Both the position numbers and the translations under genes were made by a program. 64,000 nucleotides of DNA, taken from contig OX442314.1 in the NCBI GenBank assembly GCA_949358305.1, forward strand, positions 27,900,001-27,964,000, given 5' to 3'. The DNA is from Strigamia acuminata (Eukaryota). The notes beneath the pieces are model-generated. The model was not told the DNA's origin, searched no databases, and worked only from the letters and a program-made list of their open reading frames with translations. Shown piece by piece: positions 1 to 12,720 of this stretch. Positions within the stretch are counted from its first letter, which is position 1, and each line of letters starts with the position of its first letter.

Positions 1-422
1 TAAATGTAGCGAAAAAAATAAATTCATTTTTAAATTCAAAGTTGTATCACTTCGTGTCATTCAATGATTTGGTAATAAAAAAATAAGAAAGAAATCATGT
101 CGGTACACCATTTCCTTTATAAACTATCACATTTCCTTCCCTTGACCTACAAATTTCAATGGCGCTTCAGCTCCCAACACATCATCTCTTCATGTGGCGT
201 CGTTTTTCATAAATCACGTTGCTATTGCATCACGTTTTGTCTTCTCTTTATTAATTTTTATATCTTTAAAAAAAAAAAACACTTTCGATAACATCTAAAG
301 AATTTGGGATTTTATTTTTCTTTTTTCTTCACACTTTCTATTCACAAATTTAAAAACGAGTCAAAAAACCAAAAAAAAAATACATGCTTTGTTTTCTCAG
401 TATAATTAAATATCCAAAAACG

Positions 423-1354
423 CTACAAGACCGTGAAAGTATTTAATGGCTGCATCGGAACTGGCAAATAATCTTCAGTACGTTTCGGCTCGTAAATATT
501 TCTGCGCGTTACGCATCCCAGTCGAGTGTCGGGCTGCACGCACGCAGTGCATTTTTTCGCAACATAATCCTCGTAATAATTTGTGTCCTTCCAAGTCAGC
601 ATTTTGTTGTCAACAGTAACCGGGTACATCAAAGGCACTGTCAATTTCCAAACAAGAAATTATTAATTCAACCTTTTTCTCCTGACCCACGAACATCTGG
701 TGATGGTTTATTGAACTAAATTGCTATGAAATGCGCGTTAGAGCCAGCCGACACACGGTACGGCTCTACTGCGTGACAATACGTACTCATTCCACTGCAT
801 GGAATGCGAGTTGGTTTCTGGGATACGGATTTCACAGCATCTTTCACCCGTTTCACTTCGTTGAAATAAGATACTCTCTCGACCGTATTCATAGTGTATG
901 GAGGGTTGTAGAATTCGTTGTTTTTAACAAACGGCACTTCCGCCAAATTTCTATCACCTGAAAACCAAACGTGCATCAATTTAAATCATTCCTACACGAT
1001 TCAAAAATCACCATTTAAGTCCGAATCGTAATCTCTGGTCTTGGTCGTACTGCAAGTGTCAGCATGCTCTTGAAGGGAAACGACCTCCTTCATTTTTTCA
1101 ACCGCTGCTGGATTTTTTGGCTTGTATTTGTATTTTTCAGGGAATTTAGACTTGACGAGAGGCTGAAAGACGATTTCAAGTTAGTCATAATTATTTTATT
1201 GTTATTTTTGGGAGAGATTTTACCACTCCAATAGTAGGACTCCAAGTGAAGGATTCCATCATTGGATTTCCATTGGCACAATGGTTTGTCAAGTCCTTTC
1301 TTTGGTAATCAGTTTTGTAAACTGAGTTGTAAGTGTCGTAGAAATTTTCGTTTC
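423..1354 (-). CDS. Multi-exon gene for a small protein with repeated Mn-like motifs (candidate ciliary/sperm microtubule inner protein, SAXO/MAP6-like); first exon not resolved
   Basis: Exons 1354-1224, 1162-1012, 957-770, 715-691 and 637-423 join through short GT-AG introns (about 53-61 bp) in consistent phases. The joined frame has S/T-x4-D/S-Y/F-like repeats (SVYKTDY, TTKTRDY, TVERVSY, STYCHAF, TNYYEDY). There is a candidate ATG at 1493 but its splice phase is unclear. Confidence 0.5.
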
Positions 1355-4300
1355 CTAATGGAGAAAGAAGAAACATGATTAAAAATCTATTTGAAGGTTG
1401 TGCAGAAATGATATGTGGTTGATGTAGCCGTGATAGTGTTAGAAGCAAAGTAAAGTAAAACAATAAACGATTTTTAAGTGCACGTACGTCCATTATTGCC
1501 GGCAATAGTTATTTTTAAGGCTACTAGATGGCAGAATAAGCAGTAAAGAGCGCCTTAATATCTTACTATATGTTATTTGATTTAAAAAAAGACATTTCCT
1601 CTTTGGATATTTAATTTTTGGTGGAAAAATAACTCGCAAAAAAATCCTTTCTGTATTACAAAAAAGTAAAAAGCAAATATATATTTAAAAACGAATCGTA
1701 GAGAATTTCAAAAACAACTATTCGCCCCTAGATGGTGCTCACTGCTTAAACCTTCGTTTCACGACGCTCCAGACACTAATATACAATAAACGTGTTTTTT
1801 TCCCACACTGACTCAAATGTTATGACTATAAAGTGTTATGAACTAATCGCATGTGCAATTCAAAGAGATAGGGGAGAAAAAAAACGTGTTTGCGCCTTAC
1901 AGATGGTGTATATACAATATACGAGGTCGCGATTGCCGTCTGCTTATGGATTTGCATACTTAAATTTGTTTGTTTTTTAATGCGAGGGGAAAAAAAAAAT
2001 TCAAAATGCATACAACGCCATCATCACATTAAATTACAAAACACAAAAACAAAAAACATCTCCCCTAAAACAATAAAAATTAGTTTAACGACATCAATGG
2101 CGCTAAACAAATTGAAAACAAACAAAATAGTAATCACAAATCTATTTAATACAAAAAAATATATAAATATTAATATAAATATTAATTTTTCACCATTTCC
2201 AACACGGAATTTCCGCGTAATTCGATATTTGTCATCACATTTCGCTCCTCAACCACTTTTCCCCCACCCAAACACAAAGCAAAAGGTGTTATGACACTTT
2301 CCCATACTCATCACACCCACAGGGGTCGAATGGAGGAGTCCCTTGAGTGGCGGACCCCCACAGTTGGGGGGGATCAATCGGCGATTGAAAGCCAAAGGGA
2401 TCGCTTAAATGGGATTAAGCTGAGTCGGCCAATTAACTCGAACCAGCGGCTGCGCCTCTTCCCTATCTATCTTGACACTCGTCAAAGTCACGTGACTCTC
2501 AACCCATCCTTGACGCATCTGTCAAACGACCACCCGGTGACCCAAACAACAATGTTCCTCTTTCCACCCGGTGTTGAAACGGTTAAGAGCATTTTTTTCC
2601 TCCACCCCCGGAGCCGTGATGCGAAATGACCAAACGGATCCATTACGAGCGACCTAATCCCATCTCCATGTGAATGGATGCGTCATGGGATTAAATAGCG
2701 GCTTCGGACGCGGCCACCCCACACAAACACGTGGTCGCGCGCATGCGCACGGATTAGCGGGGTCATGAGTAGAGTGGGAACGCGAACGGACCGCACGTGC
2801 GCGACCGTCGTGAATAAACGTTGGACGCGTTTTCTCCCAATTCGTCGTCCCCGACCCCCCACCCCACCTCCCCCCTCGAGAGCTTTTTTCAATTAGAAGC
2901 AATTAGGAGGCCGTAATGGCCCTTGAAGGGGGGAAGACAAAAATTGGCGCGAGTCGCAGACGCCACTCACGGATGACGCATGACGCCCGCACTAATCATG
3001 GGATCGGTAGCCGAGCAATTACTTTGGATGGTAATTTGCTCCCGCGATGAAATTTCAAAGCTGGCTTCCCCTCGGGGTCAAATGGAAGCAGTTCCCGGTG
3101 CGAGTCTCCTACACACAAAAGCCGAATTTCGTTTGCAACGCGGAGAAATACGAGGGGATTATTGCAGCCCGATTTAAATCGTTCCATTAGGGTTTTTAAC
3201 CCTCCCAAACTCGTGCGAAAGGGTCAATTTTCTATTTGTTTTATTTATTTTTCACAGAAATAAAGAAAAATGTGCATTTTGGAAGGTTTTCACGGGTTTT
3301 ATTTGATTTTTGCACTTTCCAGCCGTGTTGTGAAGGACACCGCGCTCAATCAGCATCCCGCGTTCAATGAGAACATTGAGAGCATGCGCAGAGGATACCA
3401 TTTTGAATTGGGCATGTCAGAGGGGAAAATTGTTAGGTTTATACACGTGTAGGCGTTTTAAACGTTTCGTTTAGGAACTTCTTTACGGACCACCATGAAG
3501 TATTCGCAACACGAAACTATCTAATGCGCTTAATACGGGCAATGGCGGATTACCAATAAGGCGCATTATAGGCAGGTGCAATGGCGTTATAGCAAGCGGG
3601 GGTGCAGCGCGTGCGGTTGTCACGGGCCCACGAGCCTAGAGGATAAAAACCGACTGTATATATCTCGCCAAATACCGAAAAATCTTCGCTACGACTGCTA
3701 AATTTGCACACAAACCCATTGACCTATTGCGACCCCATTGGGCAGGTGCCTTATATAGGGACCCCCAGGGTTTAGGGCCAGACAGAATTAATTTTTTTCC
3801 CACCCAAAAAAATTCAATCTTTTTTTTTACTTCAAGGGTCAATTTTCACACCTGAAGTGGTCAAATGAAAAAAAAAAATTAATTTTGTCCATCAAAAAAA
3901 AAAAAAATTTCAAAAATTTCAAAAAATGAAAAAGTAAAGTTGAATAATAGAAAAATAAAAAAGATTTTGCTTCGTGACTAAATTACAAACGTGAAATTAA
4001 CTCTAAAGCAGTTAATCGCGCATTCCGCAATGCGAAGTGCATCGCCATTCGTCGGCAGGCAAATCGTCATTGAAAGCCGCGTGCATCAGAGCCGGCACGC
4101 GTCATCGGGGTCATCTCAGGTAGTCAATTGTGTATCAGCAAAGTTGTTCAAAGAGGGCTTTAAGACGTCGTCGATGTCGAACAGGGACATTTCTTACGCG
4201 CCACTAAACGGCGTTAAAAGGGCGCGGGGAAGGCGAAGAGAAGAGAAGAGAAGAGAAGTGAGAGACAAGATTGAAAGGCGTGCGCTCCTTGCCTGCACTT

Positions 4301-6914
4301 TGCATTTCAAGCAGATTGCTGCAATTCTCGCACCCACACGCGCCCGCCCTCAAAGTGATGGACGGCCACTCGAAGCCCCCTCTTTGCCTGCCAACTGAAA
4401 CGAATATTCTACGACTTATTTTTACGAGGTACAACATACAAAACCTACTCGTTCGGATCAAGTGGAGGGCGAAGGAGGCGAAAGCAACAATTGATTCAAA
4501 ATAAAATCAAAATCCAAATAAAAAACAAATAAAACCAACACATTTAACAATTTCGTGCATCTTTAATTAATTATTTAACTTATTGTGCGGGTCAAAATAT
4601 TGTCAATGAGTTGTGTGTGCGGTTAATGGGTGTTGTGTAAGGAACTGGTTTTTAATTGCTTTAATAAATCTAGCTGCAGGCAGCCGTGATTGAATTTAAT
4701 GCGGCTGGGTGCAGTGATTCACGGCCCGAAGGTCGGTTGCGAGTCCTCCGAGTCGTCTTCCGGTTTGCGTGAGAGAAATGATGCCTTCCAATCGAGTTTG
4801 CATCAGAGCGCGTGCGCACAAGACTTCCCTTCTCGGTAGGGAAGCACGCCTCGCAGCCAACGGAAGGAACTGTTGTCGACATTAAAATGCGGGTAAAAAA
4901 GTGGCCAGACCTTGATCGCGAGAAAATAAAAGTGGATTTATGATGTGAAAAATGCTAAGGTCGGTTACTCGGTTCGGCTTGCCTGCGCGGTTTAGGTGAG
5001 TTGCAGGGAAGCTTTCGTGTGGAAACTTATACCAACAAAAAAATTGCGATGAATTATCAGTTTTGATTCAATTTTTTTTTATATATATATATAAATAAAA
5101 AAAAATAAAAAAAAAATATATTTTTTTTACACATCAAAAAATTCGTGTAATTTTGATTGGCGCGTTTGACAAGATGTCGAAGCCCATAAACCCGGCGCGA
5201 TGACAACATTAATGCAGGACGAATCAATGGTGAGAAAATGTACGTCTGTCAAGAAATTCCACATTATAAATCTCCCCCACAAAAAAAAAAAAAATCAAAA
5301 GAAAAATTCTAACTTTAAACTTAAAAAAAAAATAATAATAAATAAATAAATAAAAAAAATCTAAAAAAAAAATTATTATTGTGATTTATTTGTCTGCGCG
5401 CGTGAAATTGGATCATCGTCACTATCGGTGTCACCCGCAAAAAGAAAGGCTTCTTCCTTGCCCTTTCTTAATTGGCACTCAATCGCAGCAGAGTCCTCTT
5501 GTGGAGTCTCCAGTTTCACCTTACCCATGACGGGGCCGTGCACTGCAGATGCGCCATGACCCCCATTACGAGGCTAAGTGGGCCATTTGGCGCGGCACCT
5601 CTGCCTTGGCGGCGTTGCTCACCCGTGCCAAAGATGGCAGAACGACTCCCACGCGCACCCTTTTCTCGCCGGAGGGCGTCCAAGCCACTGTTTCATGTGC
5701 CGACACCATCTTTGAACCTCTTTTTCATCCGCAAACAAGCCGACACACACTTATTAACACCCATAAACCCACGCCCCAGCCAATCTAATAATAAAATCCA
5801 AATCAAAAAAAAAATTTTGCACGTTGTCAACAGATGGAGTGGACGAATCAACAATAAACATTTTGATTTGATGTGAAAATGGCCGCGTCAAGTCGTCAAT
5901 TCGCCGTGGGAGGACGGAAAAATGGGCCGGAGAGTCGGTCGTCTGGGGACGGATCACATTCGAGCCTCGAGTCGCAGACTGGGGAGGTGCAGGGCGAGCG
6001 AGACAAACACCTGTCACACATGGCGCCTTCTGCACCTGATGGAACAAATGACGTCAAATTCGGGCACGATCAAAGCCAAAGCGAGTGTTGGCAGTGAAAT
6101 CCATCCGTGTGTGACGCGTCAATACTTCTTTTTGTGGACGTCGGAGGCGCCCATTAGGGGTTTTATTTACACTTTTTGTGATTTTCCCGCCCGCATCTGT
6201 TCGTGTTTAATGCCTTTGTTGTTGGCGCGTGGTGAGCGCCGGATTAAATGTAAACATCACACGTGGCTGATTAATAGGACAAAAGATGGGTCGAGTAAGT
6301 ACGCCAACGACAAACTACGCATGCGTGGTGCGGACGGAAGTGCGTGCCGCGAGTCTAGTGCCCACAAATAATATTTATATTGTGCAGGGTCGAGCTGGAA
6401 CCTATAATTGACTCGATTAAGCGCCCATTAGTAGGAGAGGGGAACAATAATTTCGAGTGAGGAGTCGGCCAAAAACAAGTTGGCAGCATTGAACCGTCTG
6501 CGGGTAAATAGAATACTGTGTGGGACGTTTTAATTTCTAAGGGTTTGGTTTGGGGAATTTTAAAACTATATACTTTAGTCTGTCGTGATTCTTCATGCTT
6601 CTGTCTGTTTTTTTTTTTAATGTAGTTTTATGACCTGTTTGTGTGGTTTTTTGGTGTTTCTGTAGTGAGATTATTTCCATTTTTTGTTGTTCTTTCTTTT
6701 GTGGCTGATTTTAGATGAAAGGAATAATTTGAGAAAATGATTCTCACTATAGCGAGAATATTCGTACGGGTTCTTTCATTTTTCTTTCTTAAATAACCAA
6801 TCTCAAGTCATGTTTAACGAGAATCCCGTGTTAAATTGAAGATTTTTGTCCGTAAATGCTTTCATTGAGCGCATAGGATGCTGAATGATCGTGGTATCTT
6901 TAACAACTGCGGAT

Positions 6915-7200
6915 GGAAAATGCAAAAATGCATTTATCAAGTCCAAAAATGCATTTTTCAAGTCCAAAAATGCATTTTTCCAGTCAAAAATTCATTTTTT
7001 AAGTCCAAAAATTAATTTTCCAGTCAAAAAATGCATTTTCCAAGTCCAAAAATGCATTTTTCATGTCAAAAATGCATTTTAAAAGTCCAAAAATGCATTT
7101 TTCCAGTCCAAAAATTAATTTCTATATGCCTAAAATGTATTTTAATCTACAAAACGCACTTTTTATGTGCAAAAATCAACTTTTTGAGATCAAAAATTTA
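6915..7200. repeat. Degenerate minisatellite, about 21-22 bp unit (aagtccaaaaatgcattttt)
   Basis: About ten tandem copies are visible. Confidence 0.85.
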
Positions 7201-8551
7201 TTTTCACACACCATATTTACCGTACAATACTAAAAAAAACAAATGCAGATTCCTATAAAACAAACAATTGAACCATTTTTGCCTATATACAAATGACTTA
7301 AACATCAATCACTTTAAAACAACCCACAAGTAACTCAACACAACACAAATTTTTCTCGCATTGAAACACTATACATCTCACCACCCGAAATCACTCGCCT
7401 TTTAATCACACCACTACAAGGCGAAATAAAGTCATGATACATGTAACCAAAACCCCGATAAGTCAGAGAAAAACTCGTCCCCCTCCCTCCCTCCCCCTTT
7501 GTGGTTTTATTGGGTTTCCACAATTCCCCTCCTTTAGGGTGCTGTCAATCGAGAGATGAGCAAAAAGATCCCTCCGGATCGAGATGGTGCAACGTGATAG
7601 GAGCCGACAAAATGGAGGAAGAGGAGAAGGTGGAGGAGGAAGAGGAACGAGTCGGGTGGCGAGCGATATATAAAGCGACAAAAGGAAATGCGTGTTCACC
7701 GAGCCAAAAGGCCACCCCTGGGGGGAGGGGGGAGTCCAACATCACCTTTCACCTTGGGTGCCACGGGATGCGCTTCAGTAATTGGCCAAGCATCGCCTCG
7801 GCTTCGTTGTTCCCACTTCGGCAAACCCTTTCGGACCGTGACAAGCGGCCGAGCAGCGCTTGATCGCCGATAAATAATTCATTGGGATCAGTCAACTGAT
7901 CAGACGCACGTGCGCCCTCTTTAAAGTACGCGAAATTGGTGACTAATGTAACCCGAACCGCCCCCATTTTACTTGAAACGCTTTTCTATTTCGCGACTTA
8001 AATCTCGTGAAATATTCATGGAGAAATAAATGTTGCTTTTCGAATTATCGCTCCGTCGTTTGCATCGTCGGCGATCAGCGCTCGTTGCGGGAGAAATCGT
8101 CGTCGGGTAATTAACATATAATAATGATTCGTTGGGCGTGTTGGAAATGCGAAATTAACACTCGTCTAATGAGTAATTAGCGCGTAATTAAAGGGTTGCT
8201 CGATGGAATTGCATCAGCAACAAGCGGGGATTATGTCATCGATTGTTACTCGAATGCGGCGCTAATTAATACGGGTTTTGTGGGGTGGTGGAAATGGGCG
8301 GGAAAAATTTTTTTTTTTTTATTTTATATATATATTTTTTTTTTATAAAAAAAAAAAATTAAAAAAAAAAATTAGATGAGATATATTTTTGATGGACAAG
8401 CCCCCTTCTACTTTCGATTGATCTGGAACACTGACTTTTATCTTCATTTCCATCACAAGAGAAAAGGTCAGGGTCAGAAAGAAAAGTAAGCGATGTCAAT
8501 CATGGTTTTTGAGTTGATTTTTTTTTTCACGGTTAGTAATTTGAAAATAAT

Positions 8552-8592
<41 letters not shown>

Positions 8593-9417
8593 TAATGGAT
8601 TTAAAAAAAAAAAAACTCTTGGTTTTTATATAAACTGCTTCTGGAATTTAAATTGATGTTTTGAAGTTTGTCGGCATGGAATTTTCGTTCAGACTTGTTT
8701 GATTGTTTCACATGTCAAAGATTGAACACAAAAAAAAAATACAAATCTTGAATTTTAAAAACCACAAAGTGTATTTGCATTACAACATCTGTCTTAAATT
8801 ATAGTTTCCTATCAAACATATGCGACTGAAACGAAATTAACCCTAAAAACTGCTAAATTCCCACTAAATAAACCACGCTTTCTATCTACAACTTCAAAAA
8901 CAACGTTGCAACAATGCTACAATAATGAAACATGTCTCATCACAACCCACCATCAAATTCTACATATCTGCAATAATTTGCAAAATAACAGCAGGGCAGA
9001 TCTTACATTTTCGGCTCCCTGAAGCTTGAACTGTTCTAGGGCCTCTTTGCAACCAGCAACGGGGTCTGGATAACTACTTTAAACTCCATTACCGACTGCT
9101 GAACAAAATAAAATTATTTTGTATTGAATTACCGTATAATCTATCATCAATATTATTATAATTATTATTATTACCGGTATTTAAAAACTCGTACTCGTAT
9201 ACAGTTGTGAGAACCAAATAAGACTCGTGAAGATGAAGGAACTAATGAATTTATTTTCTGCCTAAATATGATTTAAAAACAGTTGATTTTGATATTTGAT
9301 ATATTAAATGATATATTAAATATTGATATTAATCGATATTACTCGTTAATAACCGCGGAAATAATAACCGCAGAAAAAAATGATAATTTTAAAATCAGGA
9401 TACCATAATGAATAAAG

Positions 9418-9640
9418 CCCGGATAAATGCATAAATGCGTAGGAACTATTTTTATTCAATATATAAAGCCCAAATTGGCTATTAATGCATATTTTCCAAA
9501 AATGAGAAAATAAATGCATAAATCGCCATTTTTCCGGAAAAAAAAGGCGATTTATTTTTAGTTCGCATAAAATGGAATTTTTGGTGCATATTTTACGCGC
9601 ATAAAACGAATTTTATTTTACATAAACATCCGAGGTATAA
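9418..9640 (+). repeat. Dispersed repeat (MITE-like family); an inverted copy lies at about 25675-25830
   Basis: ccggataaatgcataaatgc...gcataaaatggaatttttggtgcatattttacgcgcataaaacgaattttattttacataaacatccg matches the reverse complement of 25680-25826. Confidence 0.65.
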
Positions 9641-11049
9641 AACCTCGGAAACACAAGTTCAGCTATTGACCATCCACAATATAAATGGAATTAGAAGTAA
9701 ACGGACAAGTCCGCCACTTGTTATCGTTTCCATTTTTCCAAAGCAGGGGAAGCAAGCAGGGTGATCTCGGTGTCCAGCCCCCCATGTCGAAGTCTAAAAC
9801 GGCTTACCAATTTTTCTGAATCGAGCTTATCCCTAACACTAGATAGTGTGTGTTTAGGAAGATTAGCCGACCCTGACCTTATCAGTGTACCGCAGCTGCC
9901 CACCCATAATAGCACGGGGGTGTCCTGTGTGTGAAAAACAATAGCAATTTCTGCGAGTGCGATGCTATCGACACTCACATAAGAAAACAAAAGCGAGCGG
10001 CGTGATTCACAACCACCTTTTGTGCATCATCGATTGACGGCATTGAATGAAAACAATTGCGCCCGTCAATAGCACAAGTCGCTCCCGCCGCACATCATTA
10101 AAGCTTCATCGCCATCATGCACTCGCATCGCACTGTATTTACACTGAATCGAGGCCGAACGTGCGGCACCTGGCCACGAGATTAGGAGTCAAAAAGACCC
10201 CTCGAACGTCTCCTTTCTATCTTAACTCCTGTAGCAGGTTTTGTGCAGCTCTCGAGTCGTTTTACTGTAACCTAATCTAAACTGGGGTTTGGTCCGTGGG
10301 GTCGGGGAGCGGGACTAACTGCGCAAACTTTTCGTACACAAAAGACGCCCCCTCACGATGGGGTGTGGCTCCGACCCTATCGCTTACCCGGACAAACAAT
10401 GGCGGGCCGGTTTCCGCGCGCCTTTTGCCGCGCGTTCTCACGAGTCAAATGGCGCCAATGCGAGTGAAAGCAAGGCTGAATAAAATTGGGAGCAATTTGC
10501 TGCCGCTATTCACCTGAGCTCCACCCCGCCCCCTAGTGCCAAAGACGACGCGAGAGGTCCCGCAGTCTTTTGTGTTGCCCTTCTCCCCTCGCTCGAAATG
10601 GACGCAAGAATGCGCGCTGATAAAAATAGGCCTAATCTCTTTTCCTACTTACTGTATTGTCACGATTCACTTGTAGCGTTTTCTGTAAGAAAAAATCCAA
10701 ACATTGGGATTAGCTCATTAGGCGTGTTTGTTGAGTCAAGATGGATGTGTATAGGGCGTAATTAAACGTTATGAGATGGAATCGACAATTCTATAGACAA
10801 TTTTTCGTTTATATTTTAAAATATGAAGAATTTGTGAATGAAAATATTGCGTGCAAATAAATTGGTGTGTAATAAGATGTTGAAAAATCAACTTATTTAT
10901 ATACACCGCATAAAATAATTTTCCTTTTGTTTCTTGTGTTTAATTTGATTATTATTGTACACGTGGTTAAAAAAAACTAAGAATTCTAATCTTATTACTA
11001 ATTTTTTTAACGTTTTAAATTTGTTTTATTTCCATAATCCTAATTAATC

Positions 11050-11380
11050 CTATTTGTTTTATTTCCTTTTATTGTAATTTATTTACTACTCCGTAATTGT
11101 TTTATTTGTTTTATTTCCTTTTATTGTAATTTATTTACTAATTGTTTTATTTATTTTATTTTCTTTTATTGTAATTGATTTACTAATTGTTTTATTTGTT
11201 TTATTTCCTTTTATTGTAATTTATTTACTAATTGTTTTATTTATTTTATTTCCTTTTATTGTAATTTATTTACTAATTGTTTTATTTCTTTTTATTGCAA
11301 TTTATTTACTGATTGTTTTGTTTGTTTTATTTCTTTTTATTGCAATTTATTTACAAATTGTTTTATTTGTTTTATTTCCT
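11050..11380. repeat. AT-rich minisatellite, about 45 bp unit
   Basis: Tandem copies of ttgttttatttgttttatttccttttattgtaatttatttactaa. Confidence 0.85.
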
Positions 11381-12720
11381 GATTGTTCTTTCGCTGTTTA
11401 ATACTTATTCATTTCTCTTGTTTACGGCTTTCAAAACGGCTTTCGTCCATGGAGACAAACTATTCAAAATACATGCATGTTCATCCAACATATAATTCAT
11501 AAAAACACGTTTTCTAAGCAATCCAAGTCGTAAAACAAACAAACACCCGAATCACCTCACATATAAATTCATTCTTTTCAATTAATTTACTACAACACAC
11601 AACCCATTCCCAATTTTTTGCCGTATATAAACAAGAAGGGGAGGAGAGAGAGAGAAAAAAAAAAAAAAAAAGAAAAAGAAAAAGAAAATATGGAAGCGTT
11701 TTAAGGTGTAGATAAAGTTGCACACCTGCTGTTCACAGGTGCTGGTATTTCCCCTTGTCATTGTATTTTCATGTTTTCAATACGGAAAGGGGAAGCGAGA
11801 AAAAAAATGCTGTTAAGTTGGCCACTGTTTTAAGGCGTGGAAGCGTCCTGCACAAAAAACAAACGCCCATTCAATGAAGGATGTATAGCGTTCCACTGAT
11901 TGGCTAATTAGAACCTTTTAAAACATTCACACCCCTCATCACTCCCATCGTCTGATTCACTCGGACTATAAGCTTGGAGGGGTGCGGGGAGGAAAGTTCG
12001 TTACCGAAACATTCACACCTCCGAGCATGAAACGCTGCGGTCACGCACTAACGAGCGCCAACTCAACCCCGTCAGTGACGACGGCCACGACCAGTATTTT
12101 CTTCATTTTTTCTTATTAATTTTTTGTTTTTAACATTTTTTTTGCGGACGTTTGAGACATTGAAAGAAAAAAGTTGTGAGAAAACTCGAAGATGAATTCA
12201 GCCTTTATAGTTTATTTTTCACATGAGGCCGGTGAACCATCTCTGTCAGCATCCGGTTATCAAAAAACGCAGGTTTTCTTCCCTTGATGCGCTCCTCCTC
12301 TCTTTTCTTGAAATGTGTGATTATAGGAGAAACAACTTCCCTTTAATTGGTGCATCCGTGATACCCTTGATACACCCCCCTGAACCCGAATCAACTGCAC
12401 CGTCCCGTTCCTCGTATCAGGTGATTGTTATTCACCGCCATTTCCAACACAAAGTGGAATGTATAATACGAGGAAATCTGAGATTCACGGAGGTTTTTTT
12501 CTTTTGAGATGTAGCTAATATTTCTTGATTTGATTGCGGAGGTTTAAATATTGATTTTTTATTTGATGATGTTTGTATTTGAGATCTGTGTTGCGTTTTG
12601 TGTTGTTTTTAGTGTTGCTGGATTTGTTTGTCCGCATTTTTCGTGTTTGCTTTTGTGGGTTTTGGAGTGTTCTGGCTCCACTCCCTTCTCACTTGTTAAT
12701 TTGTGACGCGTTACGTGCGT

